The notes beneath the pieces were generated by a model. That model was not told where the DNA came from. It made no database searches and saw nothing but the letters and a program-made list of their open reading frames with translations. From positions 434,001 to 498,000 of the forward strand of contig CAUYUJ010000148.1 in the NCBI GenBank assembly GCA_963575745.1: a stretch of 64,000 bases of DNA, written 5' to 3'. Positions 25,340-39,169 of the stretch are shown one piece after another. The position numbers and the translations under genes are program-made. The stretch's first letter is position 1, and each line of letters begins with the position of its first letter. The DNA comes from Prorocentrum cordatum (taxonomy: Eukaryota).

Positions 25340-26330
25340 GGAGCCGGAGTAGAACTTTTCCCCGATCAAGCTCCTGGGCATGTCGGCGCACGGCCAATAA
25401 CGCAAATCAAGGCACCCCACATGGGGTCCGAAGCAGTGACTCAGAAGGTCAGCAAGTCGCGCCTCATCGCGAATACATCGGTGGAGCGGATAGTCAAGGA
25501 TAGAGAGGGCGCGAGGGCCACTCCCTACTTCTGGTGCTGCGCTTCTGACCCTGGAGGCAGGCCCAACATATTTTGCGCAACTTCTTCAACTCATGCTGCT
25601 GCCCCACACCTCCGGTCGCACGCGTGGGCAAAACTAGCGGCGCGCGGAACGGCGCTTTCGCCAGAGCCGCGGCTGGCAAAGGCAGCGGGAATGAAGGAGG
25701 GGGGCGCGGCTGCGGCAAAACATCGTTTACTGCTCGCGCGTCGGTTCGAAAGCCCACCTCGCGCTGCGACTTGTTACATTGGGACCAGTCCTTCTTCGAA
25801 GGGGCCAGACGCGGCTGAAGGAGCAAAAACCTGGCCATCTAGTACACGTTCAATACGGTACGGTTTTCAGCATAAACCCGTCTTTCCGCCTCGGACGGCC
25901 GCGGCAGCAGCGCGGTGCTTGACAGAGCATATCGACCCGCAGAAGCATTGGCCACCACGAGGTCTCATTCGCGAAGCTGCTGGGCGAGGGTCGATGCGCC
26001 CAGGCTGTGTAGATGTCGACCTTCGGGCCCCACGTCGGCGAGGCACGCATCTGGGAGCGGACGCCCGGCTCCACGGGGCTGCCGCCAGTCGAACTGGGCC
26101 CCGAAGTCCGAACGCATGGCCAGCACCTGGGCTCCATAACGGCCAAAACATCCACGTGTGCGGCGACCAGGGAGGTCTGCGGGTAGTGGGAGCCCGCGTG
26201 GCCCAAGAGGCTAAAAAACGAATGGCCGCCCGCGGTCAGCTCCATGGATGCCCGGCACGCGGCGGGGAATTCGCCGGGGTAGTCCTTCAAGCACGAGCCG
26301 TCGGCAAAAGTTTCCTCCGCGAAAACCTGC
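25340..26330 (-). mobile_element. Decayed retrotransposon 3' region with RNase H-like domain
   Basis: FADGSC...(R)RAG...YPQTSLVAA matches the RNase H DGS...RAG...PQT..AE pattern; followed by Cys-containing tail; frameshifted. Confidence 0.45.
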
Positions 26331-26619
26331 CGCACCGCTAGGCAGAAGTCGGCCTGAGAAACGGAAAGGGGCGGTGCCAGACCCTCGCGCTTAGTGCACA
26401 AAGGGACAAAGGCAGGACAGGGCACTGAGCACGTGCCGCGTGCGCACGGCAGCGTGCCGTAAAGGCCTCAGCGGAAGGTGATCGGCCCATCTCGACACCG
26501 GGCGCCTGTGCGCCCGGCAGGATTCCAATTCCTGACTTTTCGTGCACAGCGTTCGCCACTCATCTGCTCCAGTTTGTGACTCCACCGCTGCAGTCTGGAG
26601 AGACGCCCTTTGTCCAGCC

Positions 26620-27600
26620 AGGCACATTGTGAGCTTCTCCATCAGATGCCGTGCCTCCACCGTGATGCGCTGAACCCATCTTGCCCACGTCTCGAACTCA
26701 CTTTCCCGCGCGATAGCACGTCGTCGGCCGAAAAACGCCCTGATCATCTGATTTGCGCAGCCTTTCACCCTTGAACCCCGCGCAACTGTCACCACCCAGC
26801 TGCCGCAGCCGTAGACTGCAGCTGGCGTTGCGAAAGCGGGATGGACTTGTCGGTCACTTCCTGCTCGAATGCGCCGGATTTGGTCCATGCTTTCCTGGAG
26901 CGGTCGTCGAGCTTAACGTCGTGGGCAAGTGTGAGCGACAAATCTCTGCCCAAGTACATAGTGGTTGCAGACGGCGCCGCAACTTAAATTTCCATTCCAT
27001 TTCCTCCACAAACGTTGTTGTAACATGGCTGCCGTACCCAAGACTGTTGTGCTGTATCTTCTCTTGGCCGGATGCAGCTCCAAGCCCATGTTCGCACTCC
27101 CCCTGCAGACGTCCGCGCTCATGCGTTTGATTTGCGGCAAAAAAAACGCCCGACCCAAAATATGCCGTCTGCGACCCGCAAATTCGTCGGCGTGAAGAAC
27201 TCGTTGTAGCCGAATTGCCTGCCGTACTCTCTCGATTCCCATGTGATTTCGAGTGAGCATTACGTCTTCAAGAACGCACTTGAAGATAAGTGAGCTGATG
27301 GGGTCGCCCGGCTTCGTCCCCGTCCTGGTCTCCAACGCTCTGCTTGCCACGTCGCACTGGATGCGCGCCCGTTTTCTGCTGTAAAGCTGGGAACAACCGC
27401 TCACACAAACAGACGGCACCCCGTGAGCAACCAGCGTATTCCAGATGTTCGCATGTGATAGTGAACCCAAAACCTTCAATCCATACTGGTAAGTTGGAGT
27501 CGCTGCACTTTTCTGCTAGCAGCGTAATGGCAAATAAATCATCATCACAACTGAAGCCCCGCCAGAATGTGCAGTGTACAGAAAAGCCATGAAATTCCAT
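26620..27600 (-). mobile_element. Decayed RTE-like non-LTR retrotransposon reverse transcriptase fragment
   Basis: GFSCDDDLFAITLLAEK, HANIWNTLVAHGVP, GTKPGDPISSLIFKCVLE (QGD motif), GLELHPAK, YGCGSW, ETWARWVQRIT across shifting frames. Confidence 0.85.
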
Positions 27601-29325
27601 AAATCCGCAAACAGGTGGAAGTTTCTGCGACGGTCGGGAGTGAGTTCACCATCCGATGGTTTCAGCCGTCCCGCCTGCAGCGGAGCTGAGAGGGCAACGG
27701 TGAAGGCAGGGAGAAAGGCAATCAGCCGGGGCAACGCATGCACATACCACGAATGCCGCGTAACCACGGTGCCGCAACCTACGCCGAGTCCAAACGGCTT
27801 GATACTAAAAAGCCTCAAAGAGGCCCCAGCGACACAGGACCTGATATGTGACCGACAAACCTACGACGCCCCCCGCATCAATACCTATTTTCTGGTCAAT
27901 GGCGCGCAAATGAACGCCTTGCCATCATGATGCCATCGTCTACTTTTCCAAAGCTGGGGGACCTAGTGAGGGGCCACAACTCGGCCGTTGGATCCTTGTA
28001 AACAAATTCAGAATTCTTCTCCCAGCTGAACCGCCGGAGGGAGAGGCTCGCAGATGCGAAAGGCCTGCACACGCTTGCACATATTTTGTTGGGGGGTCGC
28101 CGAACTGGTGGGAGCCGCGAGACACCGGAGGCGAGGCATGGGGAAGCGCTAGCGAGCGGCACGGTGTACGCCATGCCATCTTGGCCCACAGAAAAGCCAG
28201 AACCAACCATTGGCGCCAACACGGATGATAGAAAACGGAGGAGGAGGAGGACGAGCACCGGGGAGGAAACGGGTGCGAGGCAGGCGCTTTGCGCCTTGAG
28301 GAACTGCCGGAGGTCGCTCTCGCCATCCACGGTCAGGATCCGGGACGACCTCCACCGGTGACGCGCGGCACTCACCCCGTCCCCACACGCACGCATCCAG
28401 TATCCCCCCCCTCCTCACAATTGCGCAACTATCGCCCTCCATTTCCGCTACTTTCCCCGCCCCGCCTTCCTGCCCCTCATCCTCCTCCTCCTCCTCCTTC
28501 TCCTCCTCCTCCCCTCCTCCTCCTCCCTCCTCCTCCTCCTCCTCCCCCCCCTCCTCCTCCTCCTCCTCCTCCTCCTCCTCCTCCCCCTCCTCCTCCTCCT
28601 CCTCCTCCTCTTCCTCCATCCTTTTTCATTGTCAATAACTCTTCCCTGTCGCAACCCGTAGCCTGTCGGTAGGGCCGTGCCGGAGGCCAACCGCGGGCCG
28701 TGCTCGAGGCCAAACACGGCGACAACGCCCGCCGGCCCCGCGTGCGGCGGCGTTGGACGGCCCAAAGGCGCAGGCGACGCGCGCCCCGCGAGGGCGACGG
28801 CGCGGCAGTGGCGGCCGCCGTGGCCGCCCGAGCGCGGGTTCCACAGCCTGCCCGGCGACCCGCGGCGGCAGCGGAGGCAGCCGCCGCCAAAGCCCTCTTC
28901 GCCAGCAATGCGTGCCGGGCCCACGTGGCGTCCCGAGGGCCCCCCGAGGCGGCCCGCCTGCGCTGCGGCTGCTGGGCGCCGGCCCGGCAACGACTGGCGA
29001 GCAGCCCTTGCGGCGGCTGGGCTCCGGTCCTGCCGCCTCGCGCCGCCGCCCTGCTGCTAGCGCTGCCGGCCTGGGCGGGCGGCGCGGGAGCCGCGTGGCG
29101 CAAGCCGCTGCAGCTGCGGCTCGCGGACCGCCCAAACTCGCCGGATGACTTCGCTGTTGCAAAATACCCCAGAAACCTCCTCCCGCCTCCCCCTTTTCTC
29201 CCCCCCTTTTCTGCCACAAGGTGTTCCGTGGATGGGGGAAACAAATGTCGGTAAGGCGGGCCGGGCGTTTCGCTTCAAACATCCTCGCCATAAACAGTTT
29301 CACGACTGGAGACGGACAAATGGAA

Positions 29326-29358
<33 letters not shown>

Positions 29359-29789
29359 AAACCTGCAAGTGCACATAATCGGGGGCGCTGCAGGCGGGAG
29401 CCGTGGCGCAAGATTGTGAACAGTACGTCGCACAGTGGCACTGGACAAAACAAGTATACTGGAAAACATTCGGGCCACAACGCGATAGTTGTATGTAGGC
29501 GCCAGCAGGAGCGGACAAGCCTTGCCCCCTCTGGGCTAACAGACGCAAGCACAAGGAGCCACCTGTGCCACTCATTGTCCAAGAGAGCGGCCAAAGATGA
29601 GGAACGAAAACCACGAACCGGTGAGCATAGCCATGATCCGAAAAAATGGCAATGGCTCTGGGCTCGGGAGGGGCACAGCAAGCCAAAAGTACGATTTACC
29701 CTGTAAACGTATCAGCCCAGCGGTTGCACAGAGGTTGTGTTATATCCCAACAGGGTGGTCTAAACAACCGCGCTTATGAAGTCAATCGA

Positions 29790-32480
29790 ATCATGCTCAA
29801 GTCGCGGAACCACTCTCCAACGACTCCCATATTCAAATGCCAGCAACGCCCACCCACTTTCGACCGCCGCAATTTTTGTTCAGTCAATGACAAGTCCCGT
29901 AAATCATCAGACCAGCGTTTCTTTGAAAGGCCAAGGCGTCTGCGGGCATCACAATGAAAACTGCTGCCCGGACGGATTTCACAATCCACAATACTGCGTG
30001 CACCATCCAAGCGTCGTCCTCTGATGCGATCACTGGCGGAGCCCAAGTCAACTTCTTGTCGTCGAATCGATACCCAGCCATGCATTCTCAACTGCGCAAG
30101 TGTGGATTATACTTTTTGGGTTGCTCGCCGAATCCAGTCTGCCCAAGGCTCGAGCACGTTATCGTCGTCGTGCGGAAACTGATCCTGCGGAGATGGATCA
30201 TGGACTGCATTGTCGTCGTCCGCAATATCGCTGGAACTTTCAACACACTCAAGTTGGATCCCCCGGGTGATCGACTACTGTGGAGTAGCGCCAGGGCGTC
30301 TGCAGAATCATGCGTAGCATTTGGCGCTGCACTCTCCGCAATATGTGTTCCGTCATTGCCGTCATTGTCCAAACCACGCATTCGTATAAACCGCCATGGT
30401 AACTGTCCCATGAAATAATCTTGTCCAGTTGGTGAGAGAGAGAGAAATGTTTTCCAATAGATTCCTTCTGCTGCACGTGGAACTTCCTCAAACCAACATT
30501 TGTTATTTGTTCCAACCCTGCCGGGTGGGAGTCGCGAGCTTGAAGTTCGCGACCCAAAAACTTGGTGGGCTTGTAGTCCGGCTGTACCCCGATGGAAATA
30601 CAAATGGCCATCGCATGATTTGAAAGTCGGCCCCGTCGTGATATCCGAAGGAAGTTGTGCAGATCTTGGCTGTGTCTGGATGTAGGTGGAGGCCAGCCTT
30701 CGCGGCTTCCTCGCTGAGGTCGAGGATCACGCGCGTGACATATGTTACACGACCCTACAAACAAAATTATACCGTCGACAAAGCGGAGGTTGGTAAACCA
30801 TGCGCGGCCCGGGCGGAAATCAACCCCACGTTGCTGATGCCGAGTCTTTTTGGCCATTCGCATGATGCGATCTTTCACGCAAAGGAGCGAAAGCGACCTC
30901 AACTGATCACCCTTTTACACGCCGCCCGCTCCCCGTTGAACGTTCGGCTCGTCTTATTTGGGCGGACAGACGCCGCTTGTTCATCGTATAGCATTGCCAA
31001 CAAGTGCGCACATACATACATATATATGTATATATGTATATATATATATATATATATATTTGCAGGCGGCACGCCCTGTCCGGGCACGGCGCGCCATTTG
31101 CTATAATGGTGCACGCTGCCAAAAACTGTCGTACAGTCCCTGGCTAAGATCCAAACTGGTAGCGTCAATTCACCAGTCGTTTTTGTTTTTCTGAATCTGC
31201 GCAACTGTGAAAAGATGGTCAGGCGTGATGCACTTGGGGTCAAAGCCCGCTTAGTATATGCTCTGGTGGCGGTCCGAAATCGTAAGAAGTCTGTAGTATA
31301 ACAGGCGAGAAAACAGCTTGTACAGCACGGGGGTACTTGCAATTGGCCTGTTAGTGTGCGGGATGTGAGGTTCGCCACTTTTCTACAACAGTTTGATCGT
31401 AGTAGATTTCCAGCTACATGGCGTTTGGCGTCGCCAGGCAAATTAGAGGAACGCGAGATATGCACATACACCGATTCTGGCCAGGCCCATCCTGAACCCA
31501 GGATCGGTGCATACGCCGTTTTCTCTTGGCCACGAAAGCATATGCACCGATCCTGGGTCAAGGATGGACGTTGTCAGGGTCGGTGCATGTGCATAGCCCT
31601 TTTCGCCCGACTACTGCTGTTGTTGAACAGTTCCAGAAGCACTGGCCGCAAAAAAATCCCACCTGGTTTCGTCGTGTCCGCAACAATGTCCTCGCAGTGG
31701 GCCCTGTCAGAACCGGCTCCGTTTCAGAACCAGAGACAGCCAGGACGGTCACCACATCAGTGGCCGCTATCGATTGACATGTCCTGTCGGTGTCTTGATA
31801 GACCTGTTCATGAAAAGTGGCGGACGCATCAACGATGGGTTGTCTGTCAAACTGTCGTTATCAGCCTGATTCCACAATGTTAGACATGAACTATGTTGCT
31901 TGTACGTCGTTGCCCTGCAAATTCTCTTCAGCTCCTTGTGCTGTGTCAAGATATGGTCAAAGCGAGCTCTTTGTATAGCCTGCATGATGGTCTGAACCTC
32001 CTGCTTGATGGTTTTGTTCAGCTGTGTTCGGTTGGTGGTGTCCGTCGCGGCGGCCGCGCGTCTGTCGCGAAGCAAGTCGGACAGGCTGTCTGTGGTTTGC
32101 TGTTGCCTCCAGGTGGTAGTCGCTGTGTTTGCAGGTTGCAGACCCCCAGTGATACTTTGAGTCGTACCCTCCGTTCCTCGCGTTTGAACTGGAATCGGAA
32201 TTCCACTAACAAAACCATCAAATTTGTCAGTCAGGCATTCTTTATATCTCGGACCACCATTCGGTCCACACTTGCCCATGGGCTGTCGGATATTTTGTTG
32301 TGTTGCGTTGGCGACGCTATTCGTGGTAGCCTTACGGTCATCTGGACGGCCCTGTGGTCCGATCCCATATCGATGTCCCCGCTGGCCTCACAATCGCAGG
32401 TTGCACTCCAAACGCGTTGATTGGCCAAGAAAAACCGAACCTATTGTTCAACACCCTGCGGAGATAGGTATGTGTATACA
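29790..32480 (-). mobile_element. Decayed RTE-like LINE (APE endonuclease end, linker, RT C-terminal half) interrupted by insertions
   Basis: DIDMGSDHRAV (APE motif, ~32350), TNLRFVDGIILF (YADD region, ~30780), AAKAGLHLHPDT, KFLGR, LRRVQRQMLRMIL, KRWSDDL (~29905). Confidence 0.8.
31458..31596. mobile_element. Foldback/MITE-like element with ~56-bp inverted arms; related partial copy at ~23090-23160
   Basis: tatgcacatacaccgattctggccaggcccatcctgaacccaggatcggtgcata vs atatgcaccgatcctgggtcaaggatggacgttgtcagggtcggtgcatgtgcata. Confidence 0.7.
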
Positions 32481-35400
32481 TGCTCCGGCCGCATGCGGAA
32501 AAACGTGTTCAAGATAAAAAGGCGCAGGCGAATCGCCCATTGGCTGAGCCACTGGCCTCGTGCACTCATCTCTGGCATGCAGTGTGGGCCGACTGACTTG
32601 CGACTATCGTCCAAAGTGGCCCGTCACGCCCGGGCATTGCAAACAGGCAAACAGCGCGAAGGATGACCATCAGTTTGTCCAGCGATGCCTCTTTCTGCAA
32701 GTTCCCAAGTACGTCGTACATAGTATATTGAACGTGCTGGTCGGCATACCCTCTGTAATCCCACCTGCCCTCTAGGCGTAGGTGGTCTAGGGAGGTTCCT
32801 CTTTCATCCATGTTCTTTCCCTTGGGGGAGGGGTTTACCCCTCCCCCCCACACCCTCCCCTGGACCTGGACCTTTCCCCCTCCCCCTCACCCCTTCCCCC
32901 TCCCGTTGGGGAGGGCGCGAGGCGTTGGAGCGTCCAAAATGGCCCAAGACGGCTCCAAGAGTGCCTGGGAAAGCCCAAGATTGACCTCCAAAATGGCTCA
33001 AGATAGAGCAAGATGACTCAAGATGTCTTTCAAGATGCTCCACGATACCCCAAGAACGCTCCAAGATGGCTCCCAGAGGCCTCCGACACCTCCAAGGAGT
33101 TCCCCAAGAGGCCAAGGTCATTCAAAAACAACAAAAACAATGGTGTGTGCTTTTTCGCCTTTTCGCTTCCGATGGCCATCCGAGGCCTCAAGATGGCTCC
33201 AAGATGGCCCAAGAAGGCCCCAGGAGAGGCACAGGAGAGGCCCAAGACGGCCCCAGGAGCGCCCAATAGCGCTCCAACAGCGCACGAAAAGGCGACTTTT
33301 GGGGCTCCCAAAAGGGGGGGCCAAATTGAAGTTCCCCTCTTGATTGATCGATTTCCTCCAAGATGGCCCAAAGAGCGCCCTTCAAGCTCCCAAGAGCGCC
33401 TCAAGAAGGCCCCAAGAGGCGCCCAGGCGGCCACAAGAAGCGCCCAAGAGGCATCCATAAAGCTCCTAAGAGGCTCCAAAAACCTCAAGAGGAACAGCGA
33501 GGCACCAAAAACGCTCAAACACGGCCCTGGGCTCGCCAAAATGCCCCTTATCCTCCTCCTCCTCCTCCTCCTCCTCCTCCTCCTCCTCCTCCTCTTCCGC
33601 CTCCTCCTCCTCCTCCTCCTCCTCCTCCTCCTCCTCCTCCTCCTCCTCCTCCTCCTCCTGCTCTTCATCATCCTCCTCTTCCTCCTTGTCCACTGTCTCT
33701 TCCTCCTTCCTCCTTCCTCGTCTTCGCTCTCCTTTTCCGTCTCCCCATCTTGGAGTATCGGGCAGCTTCCCCCGCCCTCTGGTTTTTTCTGCATGCCCTC
33801 CACACTTCCCTGCTCACCTCAACTCCCTTGGACATCGTTTCTGGATAGGCCCTGATGGGGATACTTGCTCGTACGATGTCGCGCGACGCGGGTCGGACGC
33901 CGGGCCGTTTCCAAAATGTTACTCTTTCATTGGCGCCACGCACGCTCGTCTTCGAACTTTTAACATGAAGAACGCGTCACGGATGAAGGACGCGCCGTTC
34001 CTAAATGCTGGTATTGCTTCACCACCGCGCACATGCACCCAAAAAGTGTGCAAGCATTTCGCGAACAACGGCGATTTTTTGTTTCCAAACTGCGGCGTTA
34101 ACCTTCTCGCCGCCCACGTTCGTCATCAGAGTGTAGAACACCTCCAAATTAATATTATGGCGGACGACCCACACATGGTGTTGGCATGAGGTAGGAGGCT
34201 CAGGTTGACTCGCGAATGTGGATGTCCCACGAACGGGTTTCTTGCACGCTTCATGATCGCCGACGCGCGACAGTAACGCTGATTCGCGGCGTTGAAATCC
34301 CAGGAATTATGTTCTGACGCAGATTGAAGATTTTCAAACGTTTGTCTTCCAACGGGGGCACCTCGCTCAGTGGAATGCTGATACCTTGTAGGAACCTGTG
34401 AAGAGGGAGCGTGGCGACAAGGTATCTTGCAACATCGTTGATGAGTCTTGGGCTTACACTGGTCCCTCCTCCTCCTCCTCCTCCTCCTCCTCCTCCACCT
34501 CAGCCGGCATCCTCATGCTCTGCCAATTGATCATCCGCCCTCCTCGTTCATTTTCGCAGTTCGTATCCTCCCCCCCTCCCGCTTCGCATTGGGGCGTGCA
34601 TTGCCCCTCCTTGTCCAACCATCCAACTGTTGTCGCCCGATGAGGCGATATGGCATGCATTTGGGACGCTGCGCCGTTGACCCTGACCAACAAACACGGT
34701 GCGTGCTACGCGCGCGCGCAGGAGCGAGAGCGCACATACGACCCGTGAGCACGACGGGATGGACACCCAAACACATGTACAGTGATAGATCGCTACCCTA
34801 CTACCTCCATGGAGACGAAGCAACCTCGAGCCTCACTACGGGAAGAAACACAGACCAAGGAATCCGAAAAAGGCAGCTGGGAAACAAGAGCGAAAAACCC
34901 GAGCAAAGCCGAACGAGGCAACAAGACCAAACCAGGGAGCCCGAGGCAACGGAGGGCACAACGCGAACCAACAGTTAGAGCTGCGCATGCCACGGCAATG
35001 GACACTCAAACAGTCCGATCATTGAATTTAGGATGCGCACTTAAAATGTTTGAAACTGTGGTACACATGTTTGAAATAAAAAGGCTGTGATGCATGTATT
35101 GAACATGTTTGGAACATGTTTATGCGTTTGGCAAGTGTTTGACAACATGCCTCCTCTCCATTGATCGTACCCACAAAATTCGAGTTTCCACGGGCTTGCG
35201 GGCGAAATCCCCTGACCCAAACATCAGGAGGGTCGCGCGGCGCCCAAAAAAACTTCGCGCCCCCGGGCGGGGAGGGAGTAGGGTGACAGAAGGAGGAAGA
35301 GGTAGAGAGGAGGAGGAGGAGGAGGAGGAGCAGGAGCAGGAGGAGGAGGAGGAGGAGGAGGAGCAGGAGCAGGAGGAGGAGGAGGAGGAGGAGGAGGAGG

Positions 35401-35959
35401 TAGAAGGGGACGAAGAAGAGAGGGAGGATGGGGAGGAGGAGGAGGAGGAGGAGGAGGAGAAGGAAGAGAGGAGGGGGAAGAGGAGGAGGAGGAGGAGGAG
35501 GAGGAGGAGGAGGAGGATATGCAGGATAACAGGGAGGAGGAGAGAGAAGGAGGAGGAGGAGGAGGAGGAGGAGGAAGCGCGGCGGACGCGGGTCTTTCCC
35601 GCGCGCCCGACGCACATTAGTCGGGGGCCGGCAGACACCCCCGCCGCCCTGCCAACAGGGGCGGAACCTTGGGGGGGGCTATAGCTGTTTCAGGCAGCAG
35701 GAACTCCCAGGAAGGGGGAGGGGATCTGCCAGCCGTGGCCTCTGGACAGCATGCCCGGGAGCTCCGTGGCGACCGCGACGACCTGCGCCACCCTGCGGCT
35801 CGGGCCCCGCGTCGCCGCCATCGCCGTCCTACCCGTGCCCGCGGCCAGCCCAGGCAAGGATGCCGGCGCCCGCGCCGCGGCGTCCCGTCGTGCAGCCGGC
35901 TGCACCGCCAGGCGGCAGCCCGGTCCTCGCCGCCCGTCGTGCCAGCTGGCAGCCCCTCC

Positions 35960-36530
35960 AGGGCCGCTTCACGGGTCTCCAGCTTCAGCGCGGGCGGGCC
36001 GCGTCCTGCGGGCGTCGCTGCGGCAGGGCGCAGGCCCGTGCCAGCTCCCGCGGCTGCTGGTCTTCAGGCAGGCGTCGCACCTGCCCGAGCAGCCAGAGGC
36101 GGGCCTCGGCGCCGAGCCGCCCCCCCGCCTCGAGGACGAAGGGCGTGAGTTGGGCGCCCGGGTAGCGCGCGTGCTTTTCAAGCTCGCCGCGGCTGCTGGC
36201 CTCGCCGTCCTGGCGTGCAGCCACGCGCAGCTCGGCCTGCGTGCCGTCTGCGGGGTGGCGATCAGAGACATCCAGCCACCGGGCCCCGTCGTCTTCCTGG
36301 CATTCCAGATCCAGGATGGCGCGCTCGAGCTGGCCGTCTGGGCGCTGGCGGTCCCAAGTCGGCACCCTCTGCTCGAGAGGGGGCAGCTCGCCGCGCCAGC
36401 GGTGGAGGAGCCCAGCGACCCTCCTGTTGAGTCCGCCGTGGCGCGCCAGCACCCCCCCGCCCCGCTGGCAGGTCAAGGCGTGGTAGCCGCGCTCGACCAG
36501 AGTCCCAGCGCAGCCAGCCCCGTCAGCACC
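35960..36530 (-). mobile_element. 3' fragment of a CRE/SLACS-type non-LTR retrotransposon: Zn-knuckle plus restriction-like endonuclease
   Basis: GCAGTLVERGYHALTCQRGGGVLARH...AILD...WLDVS...GELEKHARY...LTPFVLEAGGRLG. Confidence 0.85.
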
Positions 36531-39169
36531 GCGCAGGGAGGAGGAGGAGGAGGAGGAGGAGGAGGAGGAGGAGGAGGAGGAGGAGGAGGAGGAGGAGGAG
36601 GAGGAGGAGGAGGAGGAGGAGGAGGAGGAGGAGGAGGAGGAGGAGGAGGAGGAGGAGGAGGAGGAGGGGAGGAGGAGGGGGGGGCGCGAAACGCGCAGGG
36701 GGGAAGCAGCGGCAACAGCAGCCCCACGGCCAACTATCCTCGCGCACGCGGCGAGCTAGTCGAACAATAGTCTTGTTGTGAATTGCTAGCTTACCGGTGG
36801 CAGCCTGAAGAGTCTCCAGAAGGCCCGACGCGGCCTGCACTCGTGACAAGCACACCCGGGCAAACCTGGGTGCCGCCTCCGGAAGTTTGGCCCCGCGCCC
36901 ACAGGCTTCTACCACTAAGGCAAGGCCGAGTGGGGAAACCGAGTTCTTAGCAAGTACACAGGGTACACAAATACAAGAGTACTCATCCCGTGCCCTGCAC
37001 ATAGAAATAACACACGTTCGCTCCCCTACTGAATGTCAAGTCGCGCGCCCTCAAGCCCTGTGCGGAAATCCATTGCTTCTCCGGCATGAACTGGTGTGCT
37101 GATCTGTGAAGGGGGACTATCATGCTAGCCGTCGGGAGTGAGGGTACATGTCTGCTAACACTCCGACATGCACGGGCACTGTCTAGATGGTCGCTCAAGA
37201 CTTCAGCCCAACGAAGAAGTCCACACTCCTGGCAACCCAACACGCGAAAGAAAACACACGTAGCAAAATGACCACAAAGAAAACATAAACGAATCGAGCT
37301 GGTTGTATTCAAGCCAAGAGGGGAGGACGCGGATAGCACCTGTGCATCCGCCTCCAACTCCTCCAACTGCTCCTACTCCTCATCCTACCCCATCTCCGCC
37401 TCCGCCTCCGCCTCCGCCTCCTCCTCCTCCTCCTTCTCCTCCACACCATCGTCCTCCTCCTCCTCCTCCACCTCCACCTCCCCCTCTCCATCCTCGTCCT
37501 CCTCCTCCTCCTCCTCCTCCTGAAACATGGAGGCGTCAGCGATGACGTTGCCAAACGGGGGGGGGGGGGGGGGGCAAAACTATTCAGAGCGGCTGTGTCC
37601 GCAATCACGGGGGTGACACGGCGGGTCAGGCGGACAGCTGCCTCCGACCTCCCCACATGTCTTTCCCCCCTCTCCAGAAGTCCACAGTCCTGTTTGAGGG
37701 GGGCAAGCCTGCGAGACCCCAAATGATGCGTCAGGCTGCCATAGTGACAGTCGGTTTACGATCTGCCAAGGACGTCCAGATCCTCCAAGAACTCCAGGGA
37801 ATGTCAAGATAGCCCCTGAGAAAACCCCCGCATTGAAAACGAGGGCACCAGGAGAGCGCTCTGGGGCCCAGAAAGGGCCGATGAGTAGCCCAACGGCAAG
37901 CCCTACCACAATGCAGTCAGGCAGCCAACGCATCCCCAATGTGGGAGAGGTGGAGGAGGTGGAGAAGGAGGAGGAGGAGGTTGAGGAGGAGGAGGGGGAA
38001 TAGGGGAGGGAGAAGGAAGATAGGATAGGACGGAAGAGGAAACAAGGAGGGGAGGAGTGAGGATGAGGAAAGACGAGGGAGGAGGAGAAGGGGAGGAAGA
38101 GGAGTGATGGAGGAGGGGGAGATGGACCAGGGAGTCGGAAGGGGGAGGAGGAGCGATCCCCAACCGACCCCCTGTGACTGCAGCGGAGCCCAATTCCAGC
38201 GGAGGACCCAGGAGACTCCGAGATTGCCCCCACATGCTCGGGCACACATGCGTCGAGGCCGTCCAGCCGAGGCGAACACCTCGCGTGACCAAGACTTTGG
38301 CGCGCTCGCCCTTCTTGACTCGCTGGCACCACCAACACAAACAGCATAAATAGCATGGCCATTCGAGGTTCACGCCCCGCTACCCCATGACCTCATCCAG
38401 TACTCCTGGTACCTGCACCTCTTCTCTCCGTCCTCTTCCTTCTTCTGGACTTCATGTCGCGCTCCCTCCTCCTCCCATCATAATGAGTCCGAGTAGATGG
38501 GGTCGGAGGATCGCGCAACATCGTCGATGCACCTGCATGCATCGTCGGCATCAGCGATGCATCGACGACGTGGGCGTGGAGAACATCGGGCTCCACATCG
38601 AGCCGCATCTGCGATGCGGCGCGATCATCCGACCCCATGTTGCGCCGAACCCATCTAGGAAACCTAGACTTCCGTCGCTCACACCAGGAAAGCCGGGCAG
38701 CCCAGGACATCGTTTCGAGCTCCTTGCCTCCTGGGTTTGCGGAGGTGCGGCGCAAGCTTCCATCGAGGAAGACACAACGGCATACAAGTGTAAACCTTTT
38801 TTCTCTGCGTTTCGACATCAAGAGAGGGGGAGGGTGGGGGGTCTGGCTCTGTACCTCTGCTGTGTGCGACTGTTTGGACTAGGGCGTCCATTATGGGGGA
38901 GGCTCCACCTGCCTGAAACAGGCGCCAAAAACAGCCAAGACCTACTCCACGGGGGGAGAGGGCGGGGTGCGAGGGCCCGCGTCGATCGGCAAAACCATCA
39001 ACAACAAAAACGCTCACCAGAACAGATTTCTGGGCCTTGCGGTGGGCACCCCCTCCTTGGCGCGCGGATCGCGCCAAGGGGCGGCGCCGGAGGGCTGACC
39101 AGGGTGGCCCTGCGCTGGTCCAAGAAATCTGCGCTCAACCCCGAACATGTAAGTTAATGCGCCTCTTTG

